A program made the translations under genes and the position numbers. Below the pieces are notes generated by a model. That model had not been told where the DNA came from and searched no databases. It worked only from the letters and a program-made list of their open reading frames with translations. Below, one piece after another: positions 1 through 9,431 of a stretch of 64,000 nt of DNA. Each line of letters begins with the position of its first letter. Positions within the stretch are counted from its first letter, which is position 1. The DNA comes from Chitinophaga sp. (GTDB taxonomy: Bacteria > Bacteroidota > Bacteroidia > Chitinophagales > Chitinophagaceae), in assembly GCF_035538455.1 (NCBI RefSeq), contig NZ_DATLKJ010000155.1, forward strand, positions 12,766 to 76,765, given 5' to 3'.

Positions 1-121
1 ATCCTGGAGATGCTGGTTTCAGGGTCATGTTTACACTTGCGCCTGTATGCAAACCCACGCCAGAAATGCTGATATCGCCTTTAAGGGTGTGCTGGTTTGG
101 CAACTGTTGATTTTCCATCAT
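1..121 (-). CDS. lpxC: UDP-3-O-acyl-N-acetylglucosamine deacetylase LpxC, N-terminal fragment; the gene runs off the window and is probably the LpxC/FabZ fusion common in Bacteroidota
   Basis: My own minus-strand translation from the ATG at 121 gives MMENQQLPNQHTLKGDISISGVGLHTGASVNMTLKPASPG. This fits the LpxC N-terminal TLK..sGvGLHTG...l.L.PA signature. It lies immediately downstream of lpxD. Confidence 0.7.
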   Translation of the reverse strand, partial: MMENQQLPNQHTLKGDISISGVGLHTGASVNMTLKPASPG

Positions 122-155
122 ATTTGCTGTATAACTGTTTGATCTTCAATGTTCG

Positions 156-1205
156 TTAAACGCCCGCCCGCTCCTGAAGCAGTTGCTTAACCATTTCTTC
201 CAATTCCTTCACACGTTTTTCAAGGTCCGGCAAATTTCTAAAAATTGCCTGACTTTTCAGTGAACTTTTATAATCGTAGGCAGGAGAACCGGTAAGAGAG
301 GTGTTGGGTACTGTAATAGATTTTGACAAGCCGCTCTGTGCGTTAATCTTGGTACCATCAGCAATCTGGATATGACCAACTATACCTACCTGGCCGCCTA
401 TCACGCAGTTCTGGCCGATTTTGGTGCTTCCGGAAACGCCTGTTTGTGCTGCGATTACAGTGTTAGAGCCTATGTCCACGTTGTGTGCTATCTGGATCAG
501 GTTGTCCAGTTTCACACCCTGGCGGATCACGGTAGAGCCCATAGTGGCCCTGTCAATGGTAGTATTGGCACCTATTTCCACATCGTCATGAATGACAACA
601 TTACCGATCTGCGGTACTTTTTTATAAGAGCCATCCGGCTGAGGAGCAAAGCCAAAACCGTCGCCGCCTATTACGCAGCCGGCATGCAGCATTACCCTGC
701 GGCCTACAATACAGTTATCGTATACTTTTACGCCGGGATACAACACGGCATCATCGTTTACGATAACATTGTCACCCAGGTACACACCCGGATATATCTT
801 CACATTGTTGCCCAGCACAACATTCTCGCCGAGATAGGCAAATGCACCAATAAATACATTTTCACCCAGCTTCACGGATTTCGGAATAAAAGATGGCTGC
901 TGGATACCCGACTTGTTACCGGTGAGGTAGCGGTATTTCTCCAGCAACAGGGCAAAACTGCTGTATGCATCCTTTACCCTGATCAGGGTAGAATGTATAG
1001 GCCGCTCTATCACCAGGCTCTCATTCACAATCAGGATTGATGCCCTGGTAGTATATATGAACTCTTCGTATTTAGGATTGGCAATAAAACTGAGCATGCC
1101 TTCGCCTGCTTCTTCGATTTTGGCGATGTTGCTCACTTTCACCTCCGGATTCCCTTCCAGCTTACCATCTAACATGGTAGCTAACTGTAATGCGCTAAAC
1201 TGCAT
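156..1205 (-). CDS. lpxD: UDP-3-O-(3-hydroxyacyl)glucosamine N-acyltransferase LpxD
   Basis: 349-aa ORF with an LpxD-type N-terminal domain, long hexapeptide (left-handed beta-helix) repeats and a C-terminal helix. It is adjacent to lpxC. Confidence 0.85.
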   Translation of the reverse strand: MQFSALQLATMLDGKLEGNPEVKVSNIAKIEEAGEGMLSFIANPKYEEFIYTTRASILIVNESLVIERPIHSTLIRVKDAYSSFALLLEKYRYLTGNKSGIQQPSFIPKSVKLGENVFIGAFAYLGENVVLGNNVKIYPGVYLGDNVIVNDDAVLYPGVKVYDNCIVGRRVMLHAGCVIGGDGFGFAPQPDGSYKKVPQIGNVVIHDDVEIGANTTIDRATMGSTVIRQGVKLDNLIQIAHNVDIGSNTVIAAQTGVSGSTKIGQNCVIGGQVGIVGHIQIADGTKINAQSGLSKSITVPNTSLTGSPAYDYKSSLKSQAIFRNLPDLEKRVKELEEMVKQLLQERAGV

Positions 1206-1294
1206 AGTCTAATAATTGTAATGTTTTCCAGGCTACTTCCGGATCGCATGAATAAATTCTTTAACATTTTAATGCTTAATAAAACGTTGTTAGC

Positions 1295-2521
1295 CTAGAT
1301 TTTTGGATGACAAATGTAGAATTTTTTTACCGGTATAGCCAGGGTGTGACTAATCAAGGCGTTGTCAATAGAGGAAATGTCTTTTACAGTTCCGTCTTTA
1401 AACAGGATATTGATGTTTTCATCATTTACGTTGTAGGCCCTTAATGTGGCTACATCGGAAAAAACAAAATAATCGACATCCTTTTCCGGTATGTCCCATT
1501 TTTGTGCCACCTGTTGCCGCAGGCGTATGGTAGTATCCTGATCAAAGGGCTCGTTTCTAAGGACAACCTTGAACAATTCCCTGTTTACCAGCCATTTACA
1601 TAATAAAGACAAAACTTTATCAGAATGGTTGCCCCATACTTTTATGGCGCCCATAATGTCGTAATCGTCCAGCATACAGAAAAGCCGGAGACAATCGGGT
1701 TCATGTTCGAAATTATCTCTGGTAACCGTGTTATACAGGAAATAGGACAAGGCAGGAGAACAAAACAGCTCTTGTCCGTTCTGTGCCAGTTCTTTGGCTC
1801 TCACCAGGATCTTTACCAGCATGTTTTCCGCACTCAATACTGTTTTATGCAGATATACCTGCCAGTACATCAGCCGGCGGGCCACAATGAATTTTTCTAT
1901 GGAATAGATCCCTTTCTCCTCCACCATCAGCTCTCCGTCATGTACTATCAGCATTTTGATAATACGGTCATATCCAATCGTCCCCTCTGCCACGCCAGTA
2001 AAAAAACTGTCACGGTTCAGGTAATCCATTCTGTCCACATCCAGCTGGCTGGATACCAGCTGATGGAGAAATTTTTTATGATACCTGTTGTTGAAAATGT
2101 CCAGGGTCAGCTGCAGCGCTCCATCCATCTGCCTGTTCAGGTCCTGCATCAGCCACTGCGAGATTTCTTCATGGGAAACCCCTTCGATAATGCCGTTTTC
2201 CAGTGCATGGGAGTAGGGTCCGTGCCCGACATCATGTAACAGGATGGCCATTTTGGCGGCTACCTCTTCTTCCTCTGTGATCTCAGTTCCTTTACTGCGT
2301 AGCTCCTGTAAGGCCATGCATATCAGGTGATAAGCGCCTAAACTGTGATGAAAGCGCGTATGCATTGCCCCGGGGTACACCAGTTGCGCAAGCGCCATCT
2401 GGTGGATACGGCGAAGCCGCTGATAGCATGGATGTGAAATGAGGTTAAAAATCAACGGGTGATCTATGGTAATAAAGCCATACACCGGATCATTAACAAT
2501 TTTTCGCTTGCGTTCGGTCAT
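1295..2521 (-). CDS. HD-domain phosphohydrolase (dGTPase-like HD superfamily)
   Basis: Contains the LLHDVGHGPYSH metal-binding motif. I trimmed the start to the ATG at 2521 (MTERKRKIVNDPVYGFITI...), because the longer ORF-track start lacks support. Confidence 0.75.
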   Translation of the reverse strand: MTERKRKIVNDPVYGFITIDHPLIFNLISHPCYQRLRRIHQMALAQLVYPGAMHTRFHHSLGAYHLICMALQELRSKGTEITEEEEVAAKMAILLHDVGHGPYSHALENGIIEGVSHEEISQWLMQDLNRQMDGALQLTLDIFNNRYHKKFLHQLVSSQLDVDRMDYLNRDSFFTGVAEGTIGYDRIIKMLIVHDGELMVEEKGIYSIEKFIVARRLMYWQVYLHKTVLSAENMLVKILVRAKELAQNGQELFCSPALSYFLYNTVTRDNFEHEPDCLRLFCMLDDYDIMGAIKVWGNHSDKVLSLLCKWLVNRELFKVVLRNEPFDQDTTIRLRQQVAQKWDIPEKDVDYFVFSDVATLRAYNVNDENINILFKDGTVKDISSIDNALISHTLAIPVKKFYICHPKI

Positions 2522-2868
2522 TGCATCAACGTTAAAAACCTCTTTTATGTGGGAAACACATCCCAAATTCTGGTGTAAGGTGTGCAAAACTACACCAGGA
2601 ATTTATTATATGTAATTATTTTACTTATAATGACGTCTTCCCTTCGTAAAACCCCTATTACAGTAAAGTCAGTTGGTAGGTTACAGGTATGGAATTCTTG
2701 TGCTTGCGAAGGTAAATAACTTTCACCACCGCCCCGCTTTTTGGGTCCCTCATTTTTACCGGCCCCTGGTTTTTTTAACATATTATTACGGCTAAATGTA
2801 AGGCGGGGAATGGTTTTTGCCGAAAAAATGGGGTAATTTTCTGTTTTATTGGAACCTTAAAATAAATT

Positions 2869-4422
2869 ATGAGCCAGATAAATATACTTTGGGTAGATGA
2901 TGAAATTGATTCATTGAAATCACAGATAATTTTTTTGGAAAGTAAAGGCTACAAGGTATCGGCACTCACCAACGGGTATGATGCCCTGGAATTCCTGAAA
3001 GAGCAGGTGGTGGATGTGGTGTTGTTGGACGAATCCATGCCTGGGATTACTGGCCTTGAGACGCTGAGCAAGATCAAGGAAATAGATCAGCAGATCCCGG
3101 TGGTGATGATTACCAAGAATGAGGCGGAAAATGTGATGGATGACGCTATTGGATCGCAGATCACCGATTATCTCATCAAGCCCGTCAACCCCAATCAGGT
3201 TTTATTATCTCTCAAAAAGATAATCGATAACAAGAGGCTGGTGGCCGAAAAAACCACTATCGCCTACCAGCAGGAATTCAGAACCCTCTTCATGGCCCTC
3301 AGTTCCAATCCTGACTACAGCGAATGGATGGAAATCTACAAGAAACTTGTTTACTGGGAGATGGAAATGACGAAGACCAACAGCCCGGAGATGCTGGAGG
3401 TTTTCAATACCCAGAAAGCGGAAGCGAATACCGAGTTTTCAAAATTCATCAGCCGTAACTATGGAGACTGGCTGCATCCGAAGGCGAAAGATGCGCCTGT
3501 TATGTCGCACACGCTTTTCCGTGATAAGATCGTTCCCGCAATGGACCCCGAGCAGCCCAACGTGTTCCTGCTGATAGACAACCTGCGGCTGGACCAGTAC
3601 AAGGCTATTGTGCCCATTTTACAGGAATCATACCGGTTAGTTGAAGAAGATACATTTTACAGCATACTGCCCACCAGCACGCAATATAGCCGCAATGCCA
3701 TATTTGCCGGCATGCTGCCTGTGGATATAGAGCATAAGTTCCCGGAAGAATGGAAGAATGATGATGAGGAAGGAGGGAAGAACCTGCATGAGGAGAGATT
3801 CTTTGCGGCCCAGCTGCAGCGCCTGAAAATGGATTTGCGGTTTTCCTACACCAAAGTTACTAACCATGCGGACGCACAGCACATGCTCAACAATATTCAC
3901 AACCTGCTCGACTATCAGCTGAGCGTGATCGTGTATAACTTTGTGGATATGCTGAGCCATGCCCGTACAGAAATGGAAGTACTGAAAGAGCTGGCTGGTG
4001 ATGAAACATCCTACCGCTCTATTACTGCAAGCTGGTTTGAACACAGTCCGCTGCACCAGGCACTGAAGCGTATCAGCGATAAAAAAGTAAATCTTATCAT
4101 TGCTACGGATCATGGCAGTGTACGTGTAAAAACACCGGTGAAAGTGATCGGTGATAAACAGACCACCACCAACCTGCGCTATAAGCACGGGCGTAACCTG
4201 AACTACGATCCTAAAGAAGTACTTGCTTTCAGAGACCCGAGGGAAGCCGGTTTGCCCAAGCCCAATGTTAATTCATCGTATATTTTTGCAAGGGGAGATG
4301 GCTATCTCTGCTATCCGAACAACTATAACTACTTTGTGAACTATTACCGCAACACCTTTCAGCATGGCGGCATTTCGCTGGAAGAAATGATTGTACCCGT
4401 TGCGAGAATGGTATCAAAATAG
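2869..4422 (+). CDS. porX: PorX-type response regulator (CheY-like receiver fused to a PglZ/alkaline-phosphatase-superfamily domain)
   Basis: 517 aa. The N-terminus ILWVDDEIDSLK...LDESMPGITGLETL...YLIKPVNPNQVLLSLKK closely resembles PorX as I remember it, and the C-terminal ~390 aa are PglZ-like. Confidence 0.75.
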   Translation: MSQINILWVDDEIDSLKSQIIFLESKGYKVSALTNGYDALEFLKEQVVDVVLLDESMPGITGLETLSKIKEIDQQIPVVMITKNEAENVMDDAIGSQITDYLIKPVNPNQVLLSLKKIIDNKRLVAEKTTIAYQQEFRTLFMALSSNPDYSEWMEIYKKLVYWEMEMTKTNSPEMLEVFNTQKAEANTEFSKFISRNYGDWLHPKAKDAPVMSHTLFRDKIVPAMDPEQPNVFLLIDNLRLDQYKAIVPILQESYRLVEEDTFYSILPTSTQYSRNAIFAGMLPVDIEHKFPEEWKNDDEEGGKNLHEERFFAAQLQRLKMDLRFSYTKVTNHADAQHMLNNIHNLLDYQLSVIVYNFVDMLSHARTEMEVLKELAGDETSYRSITASWFEHSPLHQALKRISDKKVNLIIATDHGSVRVKTPVKVIGDKQTTTNLRYKHGRNLNYDPKEVLAFRDPREAGLPKPNVNSSYIFARGDGYLCYPNNYNYFVNYYRNTFQHGGISLEEMIVPVARMVSK

Positions 4423-4427
4423 TTGGC

Positions 4428-4478
4428 AGGCTTTAGTTGTCAGTTACTGGCTAACAGCTAAAGCCTAACCGCTTTTTT
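4428..4478 (+). terminator. Rho-independent terminator after porX
   Basis: A 13-bp stem (aggctttagttgt / acagctaaagcct) is followed by aaccgctttttt. Confidence 0.5.
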
Positions 4479-4481
4479 AAC

Positions 4482-4489
4482 TACTTTTG
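4482..4489 (+). promoter_or_regulatory. Bacteroidota -7 promoter box TAnnTTTG (TACTTTTG)
   Basis: Exact match to the motif. It ends only 5 nt before the ATG at 4494, which implies a leaderless or near-leaderless mRNA. Confidence 0.35.
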
Positions 4490-4493
4490 CCCC

Positions 4494-4811
4494 ATGAATA
4501 TTAAAATCACTCCTGCAAACCTAACCAAGCTGGAAAAGGTTTTTGAAGATGCCAAATATGTACTGCGCTTCGAAAAAGGCTCTTTCGCTTCCGGCTATTG
4601 TATCCTGGAACACAAGAAGGTGGTGGTGATCAATAAATTCCTGAATCTGGAAGGACGTATCAATGCTTTGTTGGATATCCTGGGTACCTTGCCACTGGAA
4701 GAAGACCTGCTTACTGTGGAATCCCATAAACTTTATAAGCAAATCATTGCCAGCAGGCCTCTGCCTGACGCCCCGGCAGAGGCAGATAATGCGGAAGAGA
4801 AAGCAGAATAG
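4494..4811 (+). CDS. hypothetical protein (105 aa)
   Basis: Clean ORF with genome-typical composition, sitting between porX and the MBL hydrolase gene. I recognise no family motif. Confidence 0.5.
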   Translation: MNIKITPANLTKLEKVFEDAKYVLRFEKGSFASGYCILEHKKVVVINKFLNLEGRINALLDILGTLPLEEDLLTVESHKLYKQIIASRPLPDAPAEADNAEEKAE

Positions 4812-4835
4812 GTTAAAAGATAAACGATATTCGGG

Positions 4836-5597
4836 ATGAAAGTTACATTTCTAGGAACAGGCACGTCGCAGGGAGTACCGGTAATAGCTTGTGGTTGCGA
4901 GATTTGCACCTCTTCCAATAAAAAAGATAAACGTTTAAGAAGTAGTATTTTTATTCAGTCGCCTGCCGGTAATATAGTGGTGGATACCACACCCGACTTC
5001 CGTTACCAGATGTTGCGGGAAAATGTGAAGCACCTGGAAGCTGTACTCATTACGCATTCGCATAAGGATCATATTGCAGGTATGGACGATATCCGTGCGT
5101 TCAACTACTTTCAGCAGGGAGCCATCGATATTTACGCCACTGAGTTTTCACAGAATATTATCATGCGGGAGTTTGCTTATGCATTCGCTGATTTCAAATA
5201 TCCCGGCATTCCTGAGATCAATCTGAAAACCATCGACGATCAGCCTTTCCGTATTAATGGGCTAGCTATCACGCCTATACAGGTCATGCATTTTAAGATG
5301 CCGGTGATGGGTTTCCGTATCGGAGATTTCACCTACATCACTGATGCCAATTACATAGCGCCGGAGGAAAAGGATAAGATCCGGGGATCGAAGATCCTGG
5401 TGGTAAACGCCCTCCGCCGTGAGAAACATATCTCCCATTTCACACTTGATGAAGCCATTGCGTTGGGTAAAGAGCTGGAAGTACCGCAGGTGTACTTTAC
5501 GCATATCAGCCACCAGCTGGGCTTACATGACGAAGTGTCGAAAGAGTTGCCCGATGGTATGGCGCTTGCATACGACGGGCTTTCCATAGAAATTTAA
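4836..5597 (+). CDS. MBL-fold metallo-hydrolase (PhnP-like)
   Basis: Has the HxHxDH motif (ITHSHKDHIAG) and a Cys-rich N-terminal CGCEIC motif typical of this subgroup. Confidence 0.8.
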   Translation: MKVTFLGTGTSQGVPVIACGCEICTSSNKKDKRLRSSIFIQSPAGNIVVDTTPDFRYQMLRENVKHLEAVLITHSHKDHIAGMDDIRAFNYFQQGAIDIYATEFSQNIIMREFAYAFADFKYPGIPEINLKTIDDQPFRINGLAITPIQVMHFKMPVMGFRIGDFTYITDANYIAPEEKDKIRGSKILVVNALRREKHISHFTLDEAIALGKELEVPQVYFTHISHQLGLHDEVSKELPDGMALAYDGLSIEI

Positions 5598-5664
5598 GTG
5601 TGTTTGCACCTGATTAACGGCTGCCATTTTCCCCGGTATTAAATTCGGACAAAATTGTTAACCC

Positions 5665-6612
5665 ATGTGGAAAGCTGTTATGAAAGCATACCTGTGCTTC
5701 TCAAAGCGGGAACGCGCCGGCATCTTCATTCTGATCATCCTGATGCTCACAGTATCCCAGACGTCAGTCATTATTTCCTGCTTCTATCGTACGCCTGTTA
5801 CTGATACTGCTGCTTTTCGTGTAGCCGTTCAGGTATTTGAGGGGCAGTTTCATGCACCTGAAGCGCCCGTAGCTGCACCGTTATTTTACTTTGATCCCAA
5901 CAGCCTTCCGGCAGAAGACTGGGAGCAGCTGGGAGTGAGCGCCCGTACCGCAGCTACAATACAGAAGTACCTGCAGAAAGGCGGACATTTCAGGCGACCG
6001 GAAGATCTGGAGCGTATTTATGGATTGTCAGCCATTACGTGTGCGCGGTTGATACCTTTTGTAAGGATAAAGGAAGAGGGGCACCGGAGGCAGGATAAGT
6101 GGGAGAAGTATGACAATGGCGGATATCGCAGACGGGATACGGTGTACAGGAGGGGAGAGGTATTCAGGCGCGATTCATTTGCATACCGGTACCACCGCAA
6201 GGGGCCTGCTCAGGTTATTGACATCAATCTTGCCGATACGTTGCAGTGGCGGTCGCTACCGGGGATTGGCGCCGGTTTTGCGAGACGTATTGTGGCTTTC
6301 CGGGATAAGCTGGGAGGCTACCATTCTATAGCGCAGGTGGCAGAATGTTATGGATTACCGGATTCCACATTTCAAAAAATTCAACCTTTTCTGAAGATCG
6401 GTGACGGTTCTCTAAAAAAAATAGACCTCAACCTCACAGATGAAAAATCTTTGGCGGCTCACCCATATATACGTGCTAAACTGGCACACCTGATAGTGCA
6501 GTATCGTAATGCCCATGCGGGTTTCAGGGAGGTAGGCGAGCTACTTATGCTGCCGTTGGTGGATGAAATTATTTATCGTAAAATTGAACCTTACATTGAA
6601 GTTACCTTTTAA
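5665..6612 (+). CDS. helix-hairpin-helix (ComEA-like) DNA-binding domain protein
   Basis: N-terminal TM segment and two HhH-type segments (LPGIGAGFARRIVAFRDKLGGY and a second C-terminal copy). An Arg/Tyr-rich linker separates the N-terminal region from the HhH segments. Confidence 0.6.
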   Translation: MWKAVMKAYLCFSKRERAGIFILIILMLTVSQTSVIISCFYRTPVTDTAAFRVAVQVFEGQFHAPEAPVAAPLFYFDPNSLPAEDWEQLGVSARTAATIQKYLQKGGHFRRPEDLERIYGLSAITCARLIPFVRIKEEGHRRQDKWEKYDNGGYRRRDTVYRRGEVFRRDSFAYRYHRKGPAQVIDINLADTLQWRSLPGIGAGFARRIVAFRDKLGGYHSIAQVAECYGLPDSTFQKIQPFLKIGDGSLKKIDLNLTDEKSLAAHPYIRAKLAHLIVQYRNAHAGFREVGELLMLPLVDEIIYRKIEPYIEVTF

Positions 6613-6640
6613 CCAAACTCTTAATTAAATCCACACGTTT

Positions 6641-7780
6641 ATGAACTTTGAGCCTACGGAGATGCAACAGCAGATTACTCAGATGATCCGGGATTTCGGA
6701 AAGACCAACATTCAACCGCACGTGTTGGAATGGGATGAGCAACAGGAGTTTCCTTTACACTTGTTCAAAAAGCTTGGAGAGTTAGGATTGATGGGGGTTT
6801 TAGTACCCCAGGAATACGGTGGCAGCGGTCTTGGATACCTGGAGTATGTAACGGTAGTGAGTGAAATCGCACGTTTCTGTGGTGCAATCGGACTGAGTGT
6901 TGCTGCACATAACTCTCTCTGCACTGGTCATATCCTGCAATTCGGCAATGAAGAGCAAAAGCAGCGCTACCTGCCCAAACTGGCCACAGCAGAGTGGATT
7001 GGGGCATGGGGTCTCACTGAGCCCAACACCGGTTCAGATGCTATGAATATGAAGTGTGTTGCCAAAAAAGATGGCGACGACTGGATCATTAACGGTACCA
7101 AATGCTGGATTACTCATGGTAAAAGCTGCGATGTGGCAGTGGTGATAGCACGTACAGGCGATGTGCGTGACAGTCATGGTATGACCGCCTTTGTTGTGGA
7201 AAAAGGTACAGCGGGCTTCAGTGGCGGTAAGAAAGAGAATAAACTGGGCATGCGCGCCTCCGAAACTGCTGAGATGATCTTCGATAATTGCCGCGTGCCT
7301 GCTTCTAATGTATTGGGTGTGGTGGGCGATGGTTTCATCCAGTCCATGAAAGTACTGGATGGTGGCCGTATTTCCATTGCTGCGTTATCCCTGGGCATTG
7401 CAAAGGGCGCCCGTGATGCAGCTGTCAAATATGCTCAGGAAAGGTATCAGTTTGATCAGCCTATCGCCAATTTCCAGGGTATCTCCTTTAAGCTGGCTGA
7501 TATGGCCACAGAAATAGAAGCTGCCGAACTGCTTACCATGCAGGCTGCTGATATGAAGAACCGTAAGGTGAAGATGACACAGCAGGCTGCTATGGCCAAG
7601 TATTACGCATCGGAAGTGGCGGTGAGAACGGCTAACGATGCCGTACAAATTTTCGGCGGTTATGGCTATACAAAGGATTTTCCTGTGGAAAAGTTTTATC
7701 GTGATGCAAAATTATGCACCATTGGGGAGGGGACATCCGAGATTCAGAAAATCGTTATAGCAAGAGAAGCCTTGAGATAA
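6641..7780 (+). CDS. acyl-CoA dehydrogenase
   Basis: 379 aa with typical ACAD motifs ([18 protein letters not shown], catalytic-base region GEGTSEIQ). Confidence 0.9.
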   Translation: MNFEPTEMQQQITQMIRDFGKTNIQPHVLEWDEQQEFPLHLFKKLGELGLMGVLVPQEYGGSGLGYLEYVTVVSEIARFCGAIGLSVAAHNSLCTGHILQFGNEEQKQRYLPKLATAEWIGAWGLTEPNTGSDAMNMKCVAKKDGDDWIINGTKCWITHGKSCDVAVVIARTGDVRDSHGMTAFVVEKGTAGFSGGKKENKLGMRASETAEMIFDNCRVPASNVLGVVGDGFIQSMKVLDGGRISIAALSLGIAKGARDAAVKYAQERYQFDQPIANFQGISFKLADMATEIEAAELLTMQAADMKNRKVKMTQQAAMAKYYASEVAVRTANDAVQIFGGYGYTKDFPVEKFYRDAKLCTIGEGTSEIQKIVIAREALR

Positions 7781-8017
7781 TTAAAACGATTTTGCAGTTG
7801 AAAATGATATAGTTGTAAGGGTGTTATTTTTTTAATGTAAAAAAGGAAAAGAGACAAGCCGTTTATCTTTTTTGACAAAAAAATGAAATATTACCCCTTT
7901 AGTGTTATGTTATTTTACAAAAGGAACGTTAAATTTGGGTTAAATCATCACTCTTTACCGTTTATCAACCTAACTCAAAATCAAGAAAGATTTGAAAAAT
8001 TTCTACTCCAAAAGAAA

Positions 8018-8043
8018 AGCACCCCGGTTCCCAGGGTGCTTTT
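8018..8043. terminator. orphan stem-loop with an A-tract and a T-tract (bidirectional terminator-like)
   Basis: agcaccc-N9-gggtgct is flanked by aaaagaaaa upstream and tttct downstream. It sits inside a ~400-bp AT-rich intergenic region. Confidence 0.35.
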
Positions 8044-8180
8044 CTATACAGAAGACATTCTAACCTCCAACTGACTAGACCTGTAATTCACGTTATGACC
8101 CCCTATTTTTATAACTCAGTACTAATACTGATGTCTGTGAAATAACTCGCCACTAATTTTGCCGGGAAATTATTGACTGT

Positions 8181-9056
8181 ATGTTCCCCAGAATCCTTAA
8201 ATGGGCCGCTATCGTATTGCTAGGCCTGCTCGTTGTTTTATTGCTGGCATTTGGTATTTGCGCCTGGCGATTTATGCATGAAAACACAAAACGTTATTCT
8301 GTACAGGTAAGAGAAATTCCGATACCTGCAGATTCGGCTACAATTGCGGCTGGTGCTCATTTGTATGCAATTAAGGGATGTACGGAATGCCATGGGAAAG
8401 ATCTCAGCGGCCATGTATTTCTGAATGATCCGGCGATTGGACTTGTAGCCGGCGCTAACCTTACTACCGGAAAAGGCGGTATTCCGGCTGATTACAGCAA
8501 CAAAGACTGGTTGTTGGCCCTTCGTCACGGAGTCAACAGGGAGGGCCGTAGTTTGAAGATAATGCCGTCTTATGAGTATTCGAAGCTATCTGATCACGAT
8601 ATGGCAGCTATCATTGCTTATTGTAAATCACAACCTCCTATGGACAGGCAACTGCCAGCCAACAGCGTGGCCCCGTTGGGGAAGATATTAACGGCAATAG
8701 GTAAGCTGCCTATGTTTCCGGCAGCCCTCACCGATCATGAATATCATCAGCCAGCTGAAATGCCTGCTACAGCGTCCACCAGTTATGGTGAATATCTTTC
8801 TGTATCATGCACAGGATGTCATAATCCCAGGCTTACAGGCGGTGCTAATCCGGTGCCGGGAGGAAAGCCTGTGGCTAATATCACTTCTTCCGGCCATATA
8901 GGGCACTGGACGGAAGATGACTTCATGACTACATTGCGCACGGGTAAAACACCCGAGGGGTATCAGTTGAAGAATGAAGATATGCCCTGGAAGATGACAG
9001 CGCAGTATACGGATGAGGAGTTAAAAGCATTGTTTATGTATCTGAAAAGCCTATAA
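8181..9056 (+). CDS. membrane-anchored di-haem c-type cytochrome
   Basis: N-terminal TM helix and two CxxCH motifs (CTECH, CTGCH). Confidence 0.75.
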   Translation: MFPRILKWAAIVLLGLLVVLLLAFGICAWRFMHENTKRYSVQVREIPIPADSATIAAGAHLYAIKGCTECHGKDLSGHVFLNDPAIGLVAGANLTTGKGGIPADYSNKDWLLALRHGVNREGRSLKIMPSYEYSKLSDHDMAAIIAYCKSQPPMDRQLPANSVAPLGKILTAIGKLPMFPAALTDHEYHQPAEMPATASTSYGEYLSVSCTGCHNPRLTGGANPVPGGKPVANITSSGHIGHWTEDDFMTTLRTGKTPEGYQLKNEDMPWKMTAQYTDEELKALFMYLKSL

Positions 9057-9059
9057 AAC

Positions 9060-9089
9060 AAAACACCCTTCCATACGGAAGGGTGTTTT
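9060..9089. terminator. bidirectional terminator between convergent genes
   Basis: Perfect 13-bp stem aaaacacccttcc / ggaagggtgtttt with an atac loop. The A and T tracts are part of the stem. Confidence 0.6.
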
Positions 9090-9109
9090 GCATAAAAAAA
9101 TATACGTGT

Positions 9110-9403
9110 TTAGGCGTCTTTTTTATCGTTTTTGAAAAAGTCTGATACTTTTTCTTTAGCGTCTTCTGCCCAATCTTCAGCTTTGTCTTTCATGTTATCC
9201 AGAAAGTCGCCGGCTTGTTCCATTATACCTTCTTTTTTAGCGCCTGCTTTATCAGACATGCTTGCAAACCAGTTGTCGACAGTACCTGCGATAAACGGAG
9301 GCAGCTTGCCTTTCACATATTCCTTAATTACATCAATAGACTGAGCGGCCTGTTCGGTGGTAAGACCTGCTTTAGCCTGCAATTGCTGAATAAGTTCCTG
9401 CAT
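9110..9403 (-). CDS. hypothetical small acidic/lysine-rich protein (97 aa)
   Basis: ORF downstream of clpX. I trimmed the start to the ATG at 9403 (MQELIQQLQAKAGLT...). No family recognised. Confidence 0.45.
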   Translation of the reverse strand: MQELIQQLQAKAGLTTEQAAQSIDVIKEYVKGKLPPFIAGTVDNWFASMSDKAGAKKEGIMEQAGDFLDNMKDKAEDWAEDAKEKVSDFFKNDKKDA

Positions 9404-9431
9404 AAATAGTGGTTTTACGGTGAGATAAAAG

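Noticed and set aside
2590-2781. 63-aa ORF between the HD-hydrolase gene and porX
   Set aside because: It lies in a short divergent promoter region, has Gly/Lys-rich low-complexity sequence, and shows no signals. It is likely non-coding.
7883-8074. 63-aa ORF in the intergenic region before the cytochrome c gene
   Set aside because: It is AT-biased, runs through a terminator-like hairpin, and has no motif. It is likely non-coding.
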